Source: Bacteroidetes bacterium HLUCCA01 (GTDB lineage Bacteria > Bacteroidota > Rhodothermia > Balneolales > HLUCCA01). Taken from it: a stretch of DNA of 64,000 nucleotides. The stretch is taken from positions 15,904 through 79,903 of the forward strand of contig LIHN01000017.1 of NCBI GenBank assembly GCA_001314545.1, given 5' to 3'. The notes under the pieces are model-generated. The model worked only from the letters and a program-made list of their open reading frames with translations, was not told the DNA's origin and did not search any database. Every line of letters starts with the position of its first letter. Within the stretch, counting starts at the first letter, position 1. Below, piece after piece: positions 9,142 through 17,347 of the stretch. A program made the position numbers and the translations under genes.

Positions 9142-9908
9142 CAGGTGACGTCTATTTTGTTGATAAGGTTTTCAACCACAAACTCTTCGATATCCTGATG
9201 CAGAACCTCGGTTTTTTCCTGCAGGGCATGGAAGACATACATCAGGATAAGACTCAGGACCAGGGCCAGCAGTGTGGTGTCAAAAGCGACGCCCAGGGCG
9301 GCGGTTATTTCTTCGATGGGGGCGGTGGCTGCAATACTCAGCGACTGAGATATCCCCAGGATGGTGCCTACAAATCCGATGGAAGGGATGGCCCAGAGCA
9401 TATAGCGTATTCCGGATTGCACCGATTCGGCTTTTTCCCGGTTAATTCGACTTTGGGACTGGACGATGGCGAAGGCCGACTCCGCTGAGTGGTTGGAACG
9501 GAAGCGGGTACAGGCCTTTTTTATAATTGCAAGCAGATAATAGGCCCCTTGACGGTCTTCCTGACGCTTTTTGCGGAGGTAGTCGGCCACTTGAATACGG
9601 ATTTTGTTGACTTCATCGGCGCCCAGAACGGCATGTTCCTCGCCGGGAAGCAATTCAACCGACAGGTATTTTCGCTCGAAGTCGGCCCAGAACAGTGCGT
9701 GCCGTACCTCGATCAGTCCCCAGAAAAAAGCGAAGAAGGTCAGAAACTGGATGTATCCGCCACCGGCAATATTGCCACCCAGCAGTATGGCGATGCGCTG
9801 CAAGGCATCGGCTTCTGCATAATGATACAGTGCAGATACCAGAAGCTGCACGATAACAGCAGCACCTATGGCAATCAGTGCACGCGTGGGTTTACCCATC
9901 GAATTCAT
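9141..9908 (-). CDS. MotA/TolQ/ExbB proton-channel family protein
   Basis: 255 aa. The C-terminal signature is IRYMLWAIPSIGFVGTILGISQSLS..ITAALGVAFDTTLLALVLSLILMYVFHALQ, typical of PF01618-type channels. There is an N-terminal TM helix plus a cytoplasmic loop. Confidence 0.8.
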   Translation of the reverse strand: MNSMGKPTRALIAIGAAVIVQLLVSALYHYAEADALQRIAILLGGNIAGGGYIQFLTFFAFFWGLIEVRHALFWADFERKYLSVELLPGEEHAVLGADEVNKIRIQVADYLRKKRQEDRQGAYYLLAIIKKACTRFRSNHSAESAFAIVQSQSRINREKAESVQSGIRYMLWAIPSIGFVGTILGISQSLSIAATAPIEEITAALGVAFDTTLLALVLSLILMYVFHALQEKTEVLHQDIEEFVVENLINKIDVT

Positions 9909-10207
9909 ATACGACCCTGTCTGACTGTGAAGGTTAATACTAGCATTGCTCCCTGTGCTTCTGTCCCGGTAGCTTCTCGGCCAGGCAGGACTGAATCCCC
10001 TGTATGCCTGTGTCAGGTATGTATGCCTGCGTCACGTAGGTAAAATGACGGGTTCACATAGTGACATCAATCCGCGTAGCTCTGATAGAACAAAACAGAA
10101 GATTGGATAAGGTAAAAACTTATACATCATGCACAAATTCGTGATCCCAATGCGCTTATAAATACTCATAAGTAAGTATAGTAATCGGTGTTAATATAGT
10201 CAGTATT

Positions 10208-10399
10208 TCATTGGGCGGGGATTCGGCGGGTGGATTCTGGGTTTGGATGGTGGGTATCGGTCCGGTATATCGACTGAAGTTCCTGTACGGATTTATGCAG
10301 ATCGTTCGGTGTGAGCTCTTCCAGGATTAATTTGGCCAGAAGGGTGCGTTCGGAGGTTTTCAGGGATAGCAGCGCCTGCTGCAGTTCGTAACGGTTCAT
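10208..10399 (-). CDS. Small hypothetical helical protein (63 aa), coding status uncertain
   Basis: ORF only, with no recognisable motif. It lies ~300 nt upstream of the seven-gene operon and is co-directional with it. Confidence 0.25.
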   Translation of the reverse strand: MNRYELQQALLSLKTSERTLLAKLILEELTPNDLHKSVQELQSIYRTDTHHPNPESTRRIPAQ

Positions 10400-10444
10400 G
10401 ACATTTCAGCTAGTGTTTAGTGTTCTACGCTTCCCCCGAAGTGT

Positions 10445-10630
10445 GGCCTGTGAGCTGATGCGGTGTTGCGGCGTTCGGCCTGACCGCCGTTTAGGCGGTG
10501 CGGTTTCTGGCCTGTCAGCTGGTGTGATGTTGTGGCGTTCAGCCTGTCATCTGGTGTGCCGGTACGGTATGTGGTCCGCCCGCTGTTGCGATGTTGCGGC
10601 GTTCGGCCCGCCCGCTGGTGAGGCAGTGCC
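10445..10630. repeat. Degenerate ~32-nt tandem repeat, about six units
   Basis: Contiguous units: ggcctgtgagctgatgcggtgttgcggcgttc / ggcctgaccgccgtttaggcggtgcggtttct / ggcctgtcagctggtgtgatgttgtggcgttca / gcctgtcatctggtgtgcc.. / gcccgctgttgcgatgttgcggcgttc / ggcccgcccgctggtgaggcagtgcc. The core gttgcggcgttcggcc recurs. Confidence 0.7.
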
Positions 10631-10749
10631 TTATAACTATAGAGTGCGAGAAAGGCTGATTATTTCATGATTTGCACAAATTTCACAACGATTTGGTCGC
10701 CATGCCGACGGAAAACCGTACCTTTTACTAAGAAACTTGTGCAAAACTT

Positions 10750-11994
10750 ATGACCTATTTCGCTGCAATTTACGGAGCCGGTCTGGCCGGTTGTGCGATT
10801 GCCAATCAGTTGCTGGATGCCGGCAAAACCGTACTTTTAATCGATCCGCATGCCGGGCCCGACCATACCCCCGGTGCACCGGCTGCCCTGGTTAACCCGG
10901 CCATGGGAAGGTATGCCAAACTCAGCTGGGAGGCAGAAGCCTGTTACAATTCCGTACGCGCCCGGGCTGAAGAACTGATGCAGTTCTCCGGCGACCGCTC
11001 CATCATCGCGGAGACAGGCGTCTTGAGACCCGCCATCAATGCCGATCTTGCCCATAATTTCCGCGGTGCTCTTGACGCGCACGACTGGCCTGAAGGATGG
11101 ATTTCCTGGGTTGCGGCGGATGAAGCCGCTGAAAAGGTGCCCTTTTTGGGCGAACAATACGGTGGCTTGCTGGTGCATAAGGGATTTACCGTCTATGTAG
11201 AACGCTACCTTAATGTTTACCGCAGACTGCTGCTCCAAAAGGGGGCTAAATTAATCACCGAAACGCTGCCGTTTGAGCGAACGACCAGTAAAAGTTCACA
11301 GAACGTGAACACCCACAGAACAGCAGAAGCGTCACAAATTGTGACTAATACACGCACTGCATATGAGAATACCGATGGGAACACTGCCGGGAGCTACCCG
11401 GGTTCACAGAACGTGAACGCCGATAAGGTCCCGGATTATTCACAAAACGTGAATATTGGTAAAGGCAGGTTTCTTCTGGGTGAGTTCCTCGCCGAAAACA
11501 TAATTATATCCGCCGGATCCGGAACGCTCGATTTCCCTGAGTTTGCTCATGTCCCGCTGCACCGGGTGAAGGGACAGATTGCAATGTTTGAAGCCGACCA
11601 TGACCTCGACTGGGATATTGCGGTCTCTGCTATGGGTTACATTTTGCGTGATGGCAAGCGCGGCATTATCGCCGGGTCGACCTATGAGCATAATCAGAAC
11701 AACATTCAACTCACCGAACAGGCATATCGGCAAATCCTACATAAGCTGTTCACCATCCTGCCCGGGCTCTCCGGTCGTATCGTCAAAACCGGTCAGCACG
11801 CCGGTATCCGTGTTACCACCCCCAACAAACTGCCGGCCATCGGATCGCCTTCAGCCCACCCCGGCGTGCATATCTATACCGCATTGGGGTCCAAGGGGTT
11901 GTTGTTTTCAGAGTATGTAGCCGGTGTCCTGTCAGGCCATTTGCTTCAGGGCGATGCACTACCACCCGATCTGGACGTCAGGCGCTTCGAGTAA
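10750..11994 (+). CDS. FAD-dependent oxidoreductase (DAO/MnmC-C-terminal-like) carrying a ~55-aa low-complexity insertion
   Basis: 414 aa. N-terminal dinucleotide-binding motif AAIYGAGLAGCAIANQLLDAGKTVLLID. C-terminal GSKGLLFSEYVAG is typical of the DAO family. The insert covers 11281-11462. Confidence 0.7.
   Translation: MTYFAAIYGAGLAGCAIANQLLDAGKTVLLIDPHAGPDHTPGAPAALVNPAMGRYAKLSWEAEACYNSVRARAEELMQFSGDRSIIAETGVLRPAINADLAHNFRGALDAHDWPEGWISWVAADEAAEKVPFLGEQYGGLLVHKGFTVYVERYLNVYRRLLLQKGAKLITETLPFERTTSKSSQNVNTHRTAEASQIVTNTRTAYENTDGNTAGSYPGSQNVNADKVPDYSQNVNIGKGRFLLGEFLAENIIISAGSGTLDFPEFAHVPLHRVKGQIAMFEADHDLDWDIAVSAMGYILRDGKRGIIAGSTYEHNQNNIQLTEQAYRQILHKLFTILPGLSGRIVKTGQHAGIRVTTPNKLPAIGSPSAHPGVHIYTALGSKGLLFSEYVAGVLSGHLLQGDALPPDLDVRRFE
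11295..11453. repeat. Cluster of four 15-nt palindromes NTCAC-N5-GTGAN inside a CDS
   Basis: ttcacagaacgtgaa 11295-11309; gtcacaaattgtgac 11331-11345; ttcacagaacgtgaa 11403-11417; ttcacaaaacgtgaa 11439-11453. The peptide SQNVN is encoded three times. Confidence 0.8.
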
Positions 11995-12049
11995 TGAACC
12001 CGGAATCGTCCCGCGAACCGTTGCTTACCCTCTCATCATGGCTGCCGTT

Positions 12050-12109
12050 GAATGCTACCGGCCGCTACCGAATGCTACCTGCTGTTACCGGACGCCACTG
12101 AATGCTACC
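12050..12109. repeat. Short direct repeats (gaatgctacc x3) in a convergent intergenic region
   Basis: gaatgctacc occurs at 12050, 12070 and 12100, embedded in similar ..ctaccggccgc(t/c)acc.. contexts. Confidence 0.5.
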
Positions 12110-12157
12110 GGCCGCCACCTGCTCGCCCGTGAGCCGGATTCCGGACGCTGGGTCTGT

Positions 12158-12991
12158 TCAGTTCCCATCTCGCATGGGTGTCTTGAACATCCCCTTCACC
12201 GACTGACTATCTTCATCGTCCATATTATCCAGTCCCAGCTGAATCGATTCCGGCTTTTCGTTGAGCCGGAAAGTTCGTGCCAGGCGGTCCCAGACAGAAA
12301 GCAGGGAGCTGTAATTGGAGTCGGTTTCCGGCTGCCAGCGGGAATGGTGAACCCGATGCATATTCGGCGTGACAATAACCACCCGCAGCAATCGGTCGAT
12401 GCGCTCGGACAAGCCGATGTTGGCGTGATGAAACTGAACTACGGCAAACATGAGCACCTCGTAGAGAACCAGCTCCCAGAAATACACACCGAACAGCATA
12501 ATCAAGGGGATGCGGAACAGGGAAGAGAAGAGGATTTCGCCCACATGAAACCGGCTGGCCGTGGTCACATCCATCGTATGATCGGAATGATGGACCTTGT
12601 GAAACCGCCAGAAAAACGGGATTTCGTGATTCATGCGGTGCCACAGGTAGGTCCAGGCATCAAGCAGTACAATGGCTCCCGCGGCGTGGGCCCACACGGG
12701 CAGATTCAAACCGTCTTCCAGCCAGTGCATTACACCGAAACGCTGGGATTCAGCAAAAACTGCGGCGGTCAGCCACAGTCCGGCAAAAACTCCGGAAACG
12801 AGCAGGGCGTTGACCGCACCCACGAACAGATTACGTAGTCCGTGCCTGCCGCGGGATTTCAGGTCGCCCCGGAAGAAGGCAAAGAACGGATGTACAGACT
12901 CCCATGCCAGCATCAGCAGTAAAACCGAAAGCATGGTCAATATCTGATAATCCTGCAGGAGGTCGGTCAAAGGTGGCATAGGAGGAAGCAT
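12158..12991 (-). CDS. Fatty acid hydroxylase / sterol desaturase family membrane enzyme
   Basis: Histidine boxes HRMNHE, HKVHHSDH, HHANIG and HRVHHS lie in a polytopic membrane protein. The track ORF extends to 13153 but would then collide with the divergent gene starting at 13153. ATG at 12991 (MLPPMPPLTDLL..) is the more plausible start. Confidence 0.75.
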   Translation of the reverse strand: MLPPMPPLTDLLQDYQILTMLSVLLLMLAWESVHPFFAFFRGDLKSRGRHGLRNLFVGAVNALLVSGVFAGLWLTAAVFAESQRFGVMHWLEDGLNLPVWAHAAGAIVLLDAWTYLWHRMNHEIPFFWRFHKVHHSDHTMDVTTASRFHVGEILFSSLFRIPLIMLFGVYFWELVLYEVLMFAVVQFHHANIGLSERIDRLLRVVIVTPNMHRVHHSRWQPETDSNYSSLLSVWDRLARTFRLNEKPESIQLGLDNMDDEDSQSVKGMFKTPMRDGN

Positions 12992-13152
12992 TGGGATGTG
13001 TATATTGAATCGCCCGATATGGGAAAAATAATGTAAGGATTCCGGACCGGTAACGACTATCTGCCTGTAACGAACGGTACATCGCACAGCGTTCACATGC
13101 CTCCGGGCTGTCTCGTAATCACTCACCCTCACGAAAAGTATCAGCCGCACCA

Positions 13153-13503
13153 ATGGAACAGATATGGAGCAATTTTATTACCTGGTTCATGGCCCTGGGA
13201 GAGCCCTACAATGTTAATCCAGTCATTTTTGGCAGCATTTACCTGGGTGCAGCTCCGTTTTTCTGGTTGAGCCTGGCCTGGGTCATCCGTAATGTAAAAC
13301 AGAAAAAGTCGTTGGTGGCACCGGTGCTGACGCTGGCGTTCTTTACGAGTTCCTCCTATCTGTATGTGATTATAGCAGGGGAAAATGTGCCAATGTGGGT
13401 TTATGGAATAATCGCCGCCCTGCTGGGTTACTCCGGCTGGTCGGTTCATCGTACCGTTCGAAAAAAGATGAGAAATAACACCCGAATGATGGATTCCCAA
13501 TGA
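13153..13503 (+). CDS. Small hypothetical membrane protein (about 3 TM)
   Basis: 116 aa with hydrophobic segments. Its stop overlaps the start of the next gene (ATGA at 13500-13503), which suggests translational coupling. Confidence 0.5.
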   Translation: MEQIWSNFITWFMALGEPYNVNPVIFGSIYLGAAPFFWLSLAWVIRNVKQKKSLVAPVLTLAFFTSSSYLYVIIAGENVPMWVYGIIAALLGYSGWSVHRTVRKKMRNNTRMMDSQ

Positions 13504-14945
13504 GCTATGACTTTGACATGATTGTACTTGGCGGTGGTGCCGCCGGGCTTACGGCCTCCGGGGTTTCGGCCGGCTTCGGGGCCAAAACCATGATGATTGA
13601 AAAGGAGCGCCTCGGGGGCGACTGCACCTGGTACGGCTGTGTTCCGAGCAAGGTCCTGCTTAACGAGGCCGCCAAACGATGGGTCAGCGGAAAAGCCACG
13701 GATTTCGAAACTGTAAAACGAAGGCTGGATTCGGTGCGGAATGCGGTTTACAACGATGCGGACCATCCGGATATTTATACCGATATGGGGATTCAGCTGG
13801 AACAAGGAGCCGCGCGATTTACCGGTCCGCACACAATCGAAGTGACTGACACGAGCGGGGCAGCATCGACCTTCACATCCCGGTATTTTATCATTGCTGC
13901 AGGAAGCAGTGCGATGGTCCCCCCGATTCCCCGCCTGGCAGACACACCCTACCTGACCAATCACACGCTTTTTGAACTCCAATCACAGCCCGAAAGCATG
14001 GTAATCATTGGTGCGGGTCCGATCGGCATTGAAATGGCCCAGGCCTTTAATCGCCTCGGGACCCGCGTTACCGTGGTTGATATGGCTCCCGGTATCATGG
14101 GCAAAGATGATCCGGAGCTGGCGGAGGAACTCATGGATATCCTTGCAGAAGAGGGCGTCCGGTTTGTGCTGGGCGCCGGTGTGCAGGAAGTCCATGGAAA
14201 TGACCATTCAGTCACCATACAGGTAGAACAGGGTGGTGAAACACACACCATCGCCGCAGAAAAGATGCTCGTTGCCACTGGCAGAAGGCCGAATGTTGAG
14301 AACCTAGGGCTCGATCAGGCGGGGGTGGCGTTTACCCGAAGTGGCATTTCGGTAAATGCCCGGTGCCGCACCAATGTTCGACACATCTACGCGGTGGGCG
14401 ATGTTACCGGCAGCTTTCAGTTTACCCACATGGCTGAGCATACCGCGAAAATTGCCGCTACCAATGCCCTTATGAAGATTCCGATGAAAACCGACGTAAA
14501 GCATATTCCCTGGTCTACCTACACCGATCCGGAGCTGGCCCACGTCGGGGCTTCGCGCCGGGAGCTGGATGCTGCGGGCACATCGTACGAGGTCTATAAA
14601 TTCCCCTATCATAAAATTGACCGTGCAGTCACCGATGGCAAAACCCGGGGGTGGATTCTCGTGTATGCCCGCAAGTTTGACGGCAAAATATTCGGGGCTG
14701 ATATTCTGGGAGCACACGGCGGCGACCTCATCGGCCAGTTTGCTCTGGCCATGCGCAACGGGATTACCCTGCGGAAATTTGCCGACACCATTTTTCCGTA
14801 CCCCAGCTACGCTTTGGGCGCACGCAGGGCGGCCGACCAGTGGTACATTCGCAACCAGAGCGTTGGTCTTGTGCGGTGGATACAACGGATCTTCGGTTAT
14901 AGCGGTAAGCTGCCGGACCTCAGTGACCCCGACCGCATTGTGTAA
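13500..14945 (+). CDS. Class I pyridine nucleotide-disulfide oxidoreductase (dihydrolipoamide dehydrogenase / mercuric-reductase-like)
   Basis: 481 aa with [16 protein letters not shown] (FAD), redox-active [13 protein letters not shown], second Rossmann [15 protein letters not shown] and a C-terminal dimerisation region with HVG..E. Confidence 0.85.
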   Translation: MSYDFDMIVLGGGAAGLTASGVSAGFGAKTMMIEKERLGGDCTWYGCVPSKVLLNEAAKRWVSGKATDFETVKRRLDSVRNAVYNDADHPDIYTDMGIQLEQGAARFTGPHTIEVTDTSGAASTFTSRYFIIAAGSSAMVPPIPRLADTPYLTNHTLFELQSQPESMVIIGAGPIGIEMAQAFNRLGTRVTVVDMAPGIMGKDDPELAEELMDILAEEGVRFVLGAGVQEVHGNDHSVTIQVEQGGETHTIAAEKMLVATGRRPNVENLGLDQAGVAFTRSGISVNARCRTNVRHIYAVGDVTGSFQFTHMAEHTAKIAATNALMKIPMKTDVKHIPWSTYTDPELAHVGASRRELDAAGTSYEVYKFPYHKIDRAVTDGKTRGWILVYARKFDGKIFGADILGAHGGDLIGQFALAMRNGITLRKFADTIFPYPSYALGARRAADQWYIRNQSVGLVRWIQRIFGYSGKLPDLSDPDRIV

Positions 14946-15133
14946 TTCACGGCGCGAACGGGTACTACACAAGCCCGGCCTGGTTTATAACACCCTGACT
15001 TCGGGTGGATGATGGCAAGGGCCAGGCCAAATCCGCTGATACCATTTTCATACAATAACCTGCCCTGACTACCCCACGGCGGACTTTTCCGCCGGGACGG
15101 GACTCAGGCAGTTCACAAAAAACAAATCCAACC

Positions 15134-15469
15134 ATGAGCAACAGTTATTACGACAAGTCCCACCTTGCCAAATTTGGCAGCATAACCGACCTTCAGGAAA
15201 AACTGGGCACGAAATTCTTCGACTATTACAACGCGGTCTTTGAAGGCGGCGAGCTATCGGCCCGGGAGAAAGCCCTCATCGCCCTGGCTGTAGCGCACAC
15301 CGTTCAATGTCCGTACTGCATTGATGCCTACACCGAATCGTCCGTTAAGCACGGCATTTCCGAACCGGAAATGATGGAAGCCGTGCACGTAGCCTGTGCC
15401 ATTCGGGGCGGTGCCTCCCTGGTGCATGGCGTGCAGATGATGGAGCAGGCCAAGAAACTAAACATGTAA
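15134..15469 (+). CDS. Carboxymuconolactone decarboxylase/AhpD-like protein of the arsenosugar-biosynthesis-associated peroxidase-like type
   Basis: 111 aa with AhpD-type CxxC (HTVQCPYCIDAY), placed immediately upstream of an ArsS-type radical SAM gene. Confidence 0.75.
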   Translation: MSNSYYDKSHLAKFGSITDLQEKLGTKFFDYYNAVFEGGELSAREKALIALAVAHTVQCPYCIDAYTESSVKHGISEPEMMEAVHVACAIRGGASLVHGVQMMEQAKKLNM

Positions 15470-15535
15470 TCGATCCGCATCCACCGCCCCGGCAGGTACT
15501 CCATCGTAGTTACCCTGTCCCGCAGGGCCCATCCA

Positions 15536-15620
15536 GGCCCTGTACGGGCGCGTAAACCGGGCTGTATATGAAATGTCGGGCGGTGGCATACAGCCCGGCC
15601 CTGTACGGGCGCGTAAACCG
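15536..15620. repeat. 24-nt perfect direct repeat flanking an 8-bp-stem hairpin
   Basis: ggccctgtacgggcgcgtaaaccg occurs at 15536-15559 and 15597-15620. Between the copies, ggctgtat(15560-15567)..atacagcc(15589-15596) form inverted arms. Confidence 0.8.
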
Positions 15621-15646
15621 AATAGTACCCGAAAGACCTAATTTCT

Positions 15647-16696
15647 ATGAATAACAAACGTGTTGAACTGGATTTTCACCCTGAACTGGAGCTCCTCCGC
15701 AACAGGACGGAGACCCTTCGCGGCTTGCCCGGTTTTGAAGAAAAGCTGGATGATTCCGGGCTGTACCCGCTCACGCCTACCGGACTCGACATTCTTCAGG
15801 TTAACGTAGGGTATATGTGTAACATGACCTGCAAGCACTGCCATGTGGATGCCGGTCCGCACCGCAAGGAAATTATGCCCCGGGAAACCCTGCAGCACTG
15901 TCTGAATGCCTACGATGCCGGTGGATTCAAAACCGTTGATATCACAGGCGGTGCCCCCGAGATGAATCCGGACTTCCGATGGTTTGTGGACGAACTCCAT
16001 CAGCGCGGAGCCCATATCATCGTCAGGTCCAATTTAACCATACTCGTCACAACCCCGCGTTATCGTGAGTTGCCTGCTTTTTTTGCAGAACGAGGTGTTG
16101 AGGTAACCTGTTCCCTGCCATTTTACAACAAAATCACCACTGATCGACAACGTGGCGAGGGTACTTACGACCGTTCCGTGGAGGCTTTGAAAGCACTCAA
16201 TGCACTGGGGTACGGGAAAGGCAACGCCAGACTGGAACTGAATCTGGTCTACAATCCGGCTGGAGCCTTCCTGCCCCTGCCTCAACAGGAACTGGAAGCC
16301 GATTTCAAGCGCCAGCTCCTTGAAAAACATGACATCGTGTTCAACAACCTCTTCACCATCACCAACTTGCCTATCAGCCGGTACCTGGACTACCTGCTTC
16401 GATCGGACAACCTTGATGACTACATGGTCACATTGGTCAATGCATACAATCCGATGGCCGCCGACCGGGTTATGTGCAGGAACACCATTTCCGTGGGTTG
16501 GGATGGTCGGGTGTACGACTGCGATTTCAACCAGATGCTGCTCATGCCGGTTGATGTGACGGAATCATCCTCTGATTACACCCACATCAAAGACTTCGAC
16601 GCAGAAATCCTGCTGAAACGTCGTATCCGCACCGGGCAGCATTGCTATGGTTGCACAGCCGGTGCCGGCAGCAGCTGTGGCGGAAGTCTGGCCTGA
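15647..16696 (+). CDS. arsS: Radical SAM / Cys-rich C-terminal domain protein, ArsS family
   Basis: 349 aa with the CxxxCxxC cluster (GYMCNMTCKHCHV) and the C-terminal Cys-rich tail CYGCTAGAGSSCGGSL, characteristic of the TIGR04167/ArsS family. This is the Cys form, not the selenocysteine form. Confidence 0.8.
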   Translation: MNNKRVELDFHPELELLRNRTETLRGLPGFEEKLDDSGLYPLTPTGLDILQVNVGYMCNMTCKHCHVDAGPHRKEIMPRETLQHCLNAYDAGGFKTVDITGGAPEMNPDFRWFVDELHQRGAHIIVRSNLTILVTTPRYRELPAFFAERGVEVTCSLPFYNKITTDRQRGEGTYDRSVEALKALNALGYGKGNARLELNLVYNPAGAFLPLPQQELEADFKRQLLEKHDIVFNNLFTITNLPISRYLDYLLRSDNLDDYMVTLVNAYNPMAADRVMCRNTISVGWDGRVYDCDFNQMLLMPVDVTESSSDYTHIKDFDAEILLKRRIRTGQHCYGCTAGAGSSCGGSLA

Positions 16697-16714
16697 ATCT
16701 CGTATGTTTTTGTC

Positions 16715-17344
16715 ATGGCCCCACCCGAAAAAACCTCAAGAGGACTCATTGTTTTCCTGCGAAATCCGGTCCCGGGACAGGTAAAAACTCGTCTCGCTGC
16801 CGGAATAGGTCCTGTTGCTGCGCTGCATATTTACCAAAAGCTAGTTGACCACACCCTCCAGGCAGCGGCAGATAGCGGCGCTCAGATGTATCTGTTCTAT
16901 GATCAGAGACTACCCGAAACATCCCGGCGTATCCCCGATGCGCAATACCATCTCCAGGAAGGAATGGATCTCGGAGCACGCATGTATAACGCATTCAACG
17001 TTGCACTGAACGATGGCTGTGATCAATTGGTCATTATTGGTAGTGATTGCCCGGGCCTCACCGTCGACCTGATTCAAAGGGCATTTGTATGCCTCAGGGA
17101 GTATGATTCGGTACTTGGTCCGGCCGCCGACGGAGGCTACTATCTGCTGGGGGTTACCTCCCCGCATCCATCCCTGTTTACCGGAAAAAACTGGAGTACG
17201 GAAACCGTGCTGGAAGACACGCTGGTCGCTATCCGATCGCTTAACTGGTCGGTCACCACCTTGCCAACCCTTACCGATATTGATACCGTTGACGACCTTC
17301 GGCAAATCCGCCCCGACTGGCTTATTGAGACCGGAGGTGCCTGA
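16715..17344 (+). CDS. DUF2064 (TIGR04282-type) glycosyltransferase-like protein
   Basis: 209 aa with LIVFLRNPVPGQVKTRLA, DLGARMYNAF, IIGSDCPGL and GPAADGGYYLLG. Confidence 0.75.
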   Translation: MAPPEKTSRGLIVFLRNPVPGQVKTRLAAGIGPVAALHIYQKLVDHTLQAAADSGAQMYLFYDQRLPETSRRIPDAQYHLQEGMDLGARMYNAFNVALNDGCDQLVIIGSDCPGLTVDLIQRAFVCLREYDSVLGPAADGGYYLLGVTSPHPSLFTGKNWSTETVLEDTLVAIRSLNWSVTTLPTLTDIDTVDDLRQIRPDWLIETGGA

Positions 17345-17347
17345 CCG

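Noticed and set aside
1-9908. Interpretation as the T6SS threonine-phosphorylation pathway (PpkA/PppA/Fha1), the actinobacterial FhaAB-PstP-PknAB cell-wall module, or a Zorya defence system
   Set aside because: No T6SS structural genes, RodA/PBP genes or ZorC/ZorD-like genes are adjacent. The ExbD-like protein has no OmpA/peptidoglycan-binding domain, and the coiled coil is on the plug subunit rather than the MotA-like subunit. Sequence beyond base 1 is unseen, so a partner locus there cannot be excluded.
10398-10670. 90-aa Cys/Arg-rich ORF, and the possibility that the repeats are a CRISPR array
   Set aside because: The ORF is generated by the tandem repeat itself. The repeats are contiguous, degenerate and lack unique spacers, and there are no cas genes in the window.
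12992-13153. 54-aa N-terminal extension of the hydroxylase/desaturase ORF
   Set aside because: It would make two divergent genes share the same start nucleotide (13153) and leave no promoter space. The extension is basic and non-hydrophobic, unlike the rest of the protein.
15647-16696. Possible selenocysteine (in-frame TGA) recoding in the ArsS C-terminal Cys-rich motif
   Set aside because: The ORF reads through with Cys codons (CYGCTAGAGSSCGG) to a normal stop, so there is no in-frame TGA to recode.
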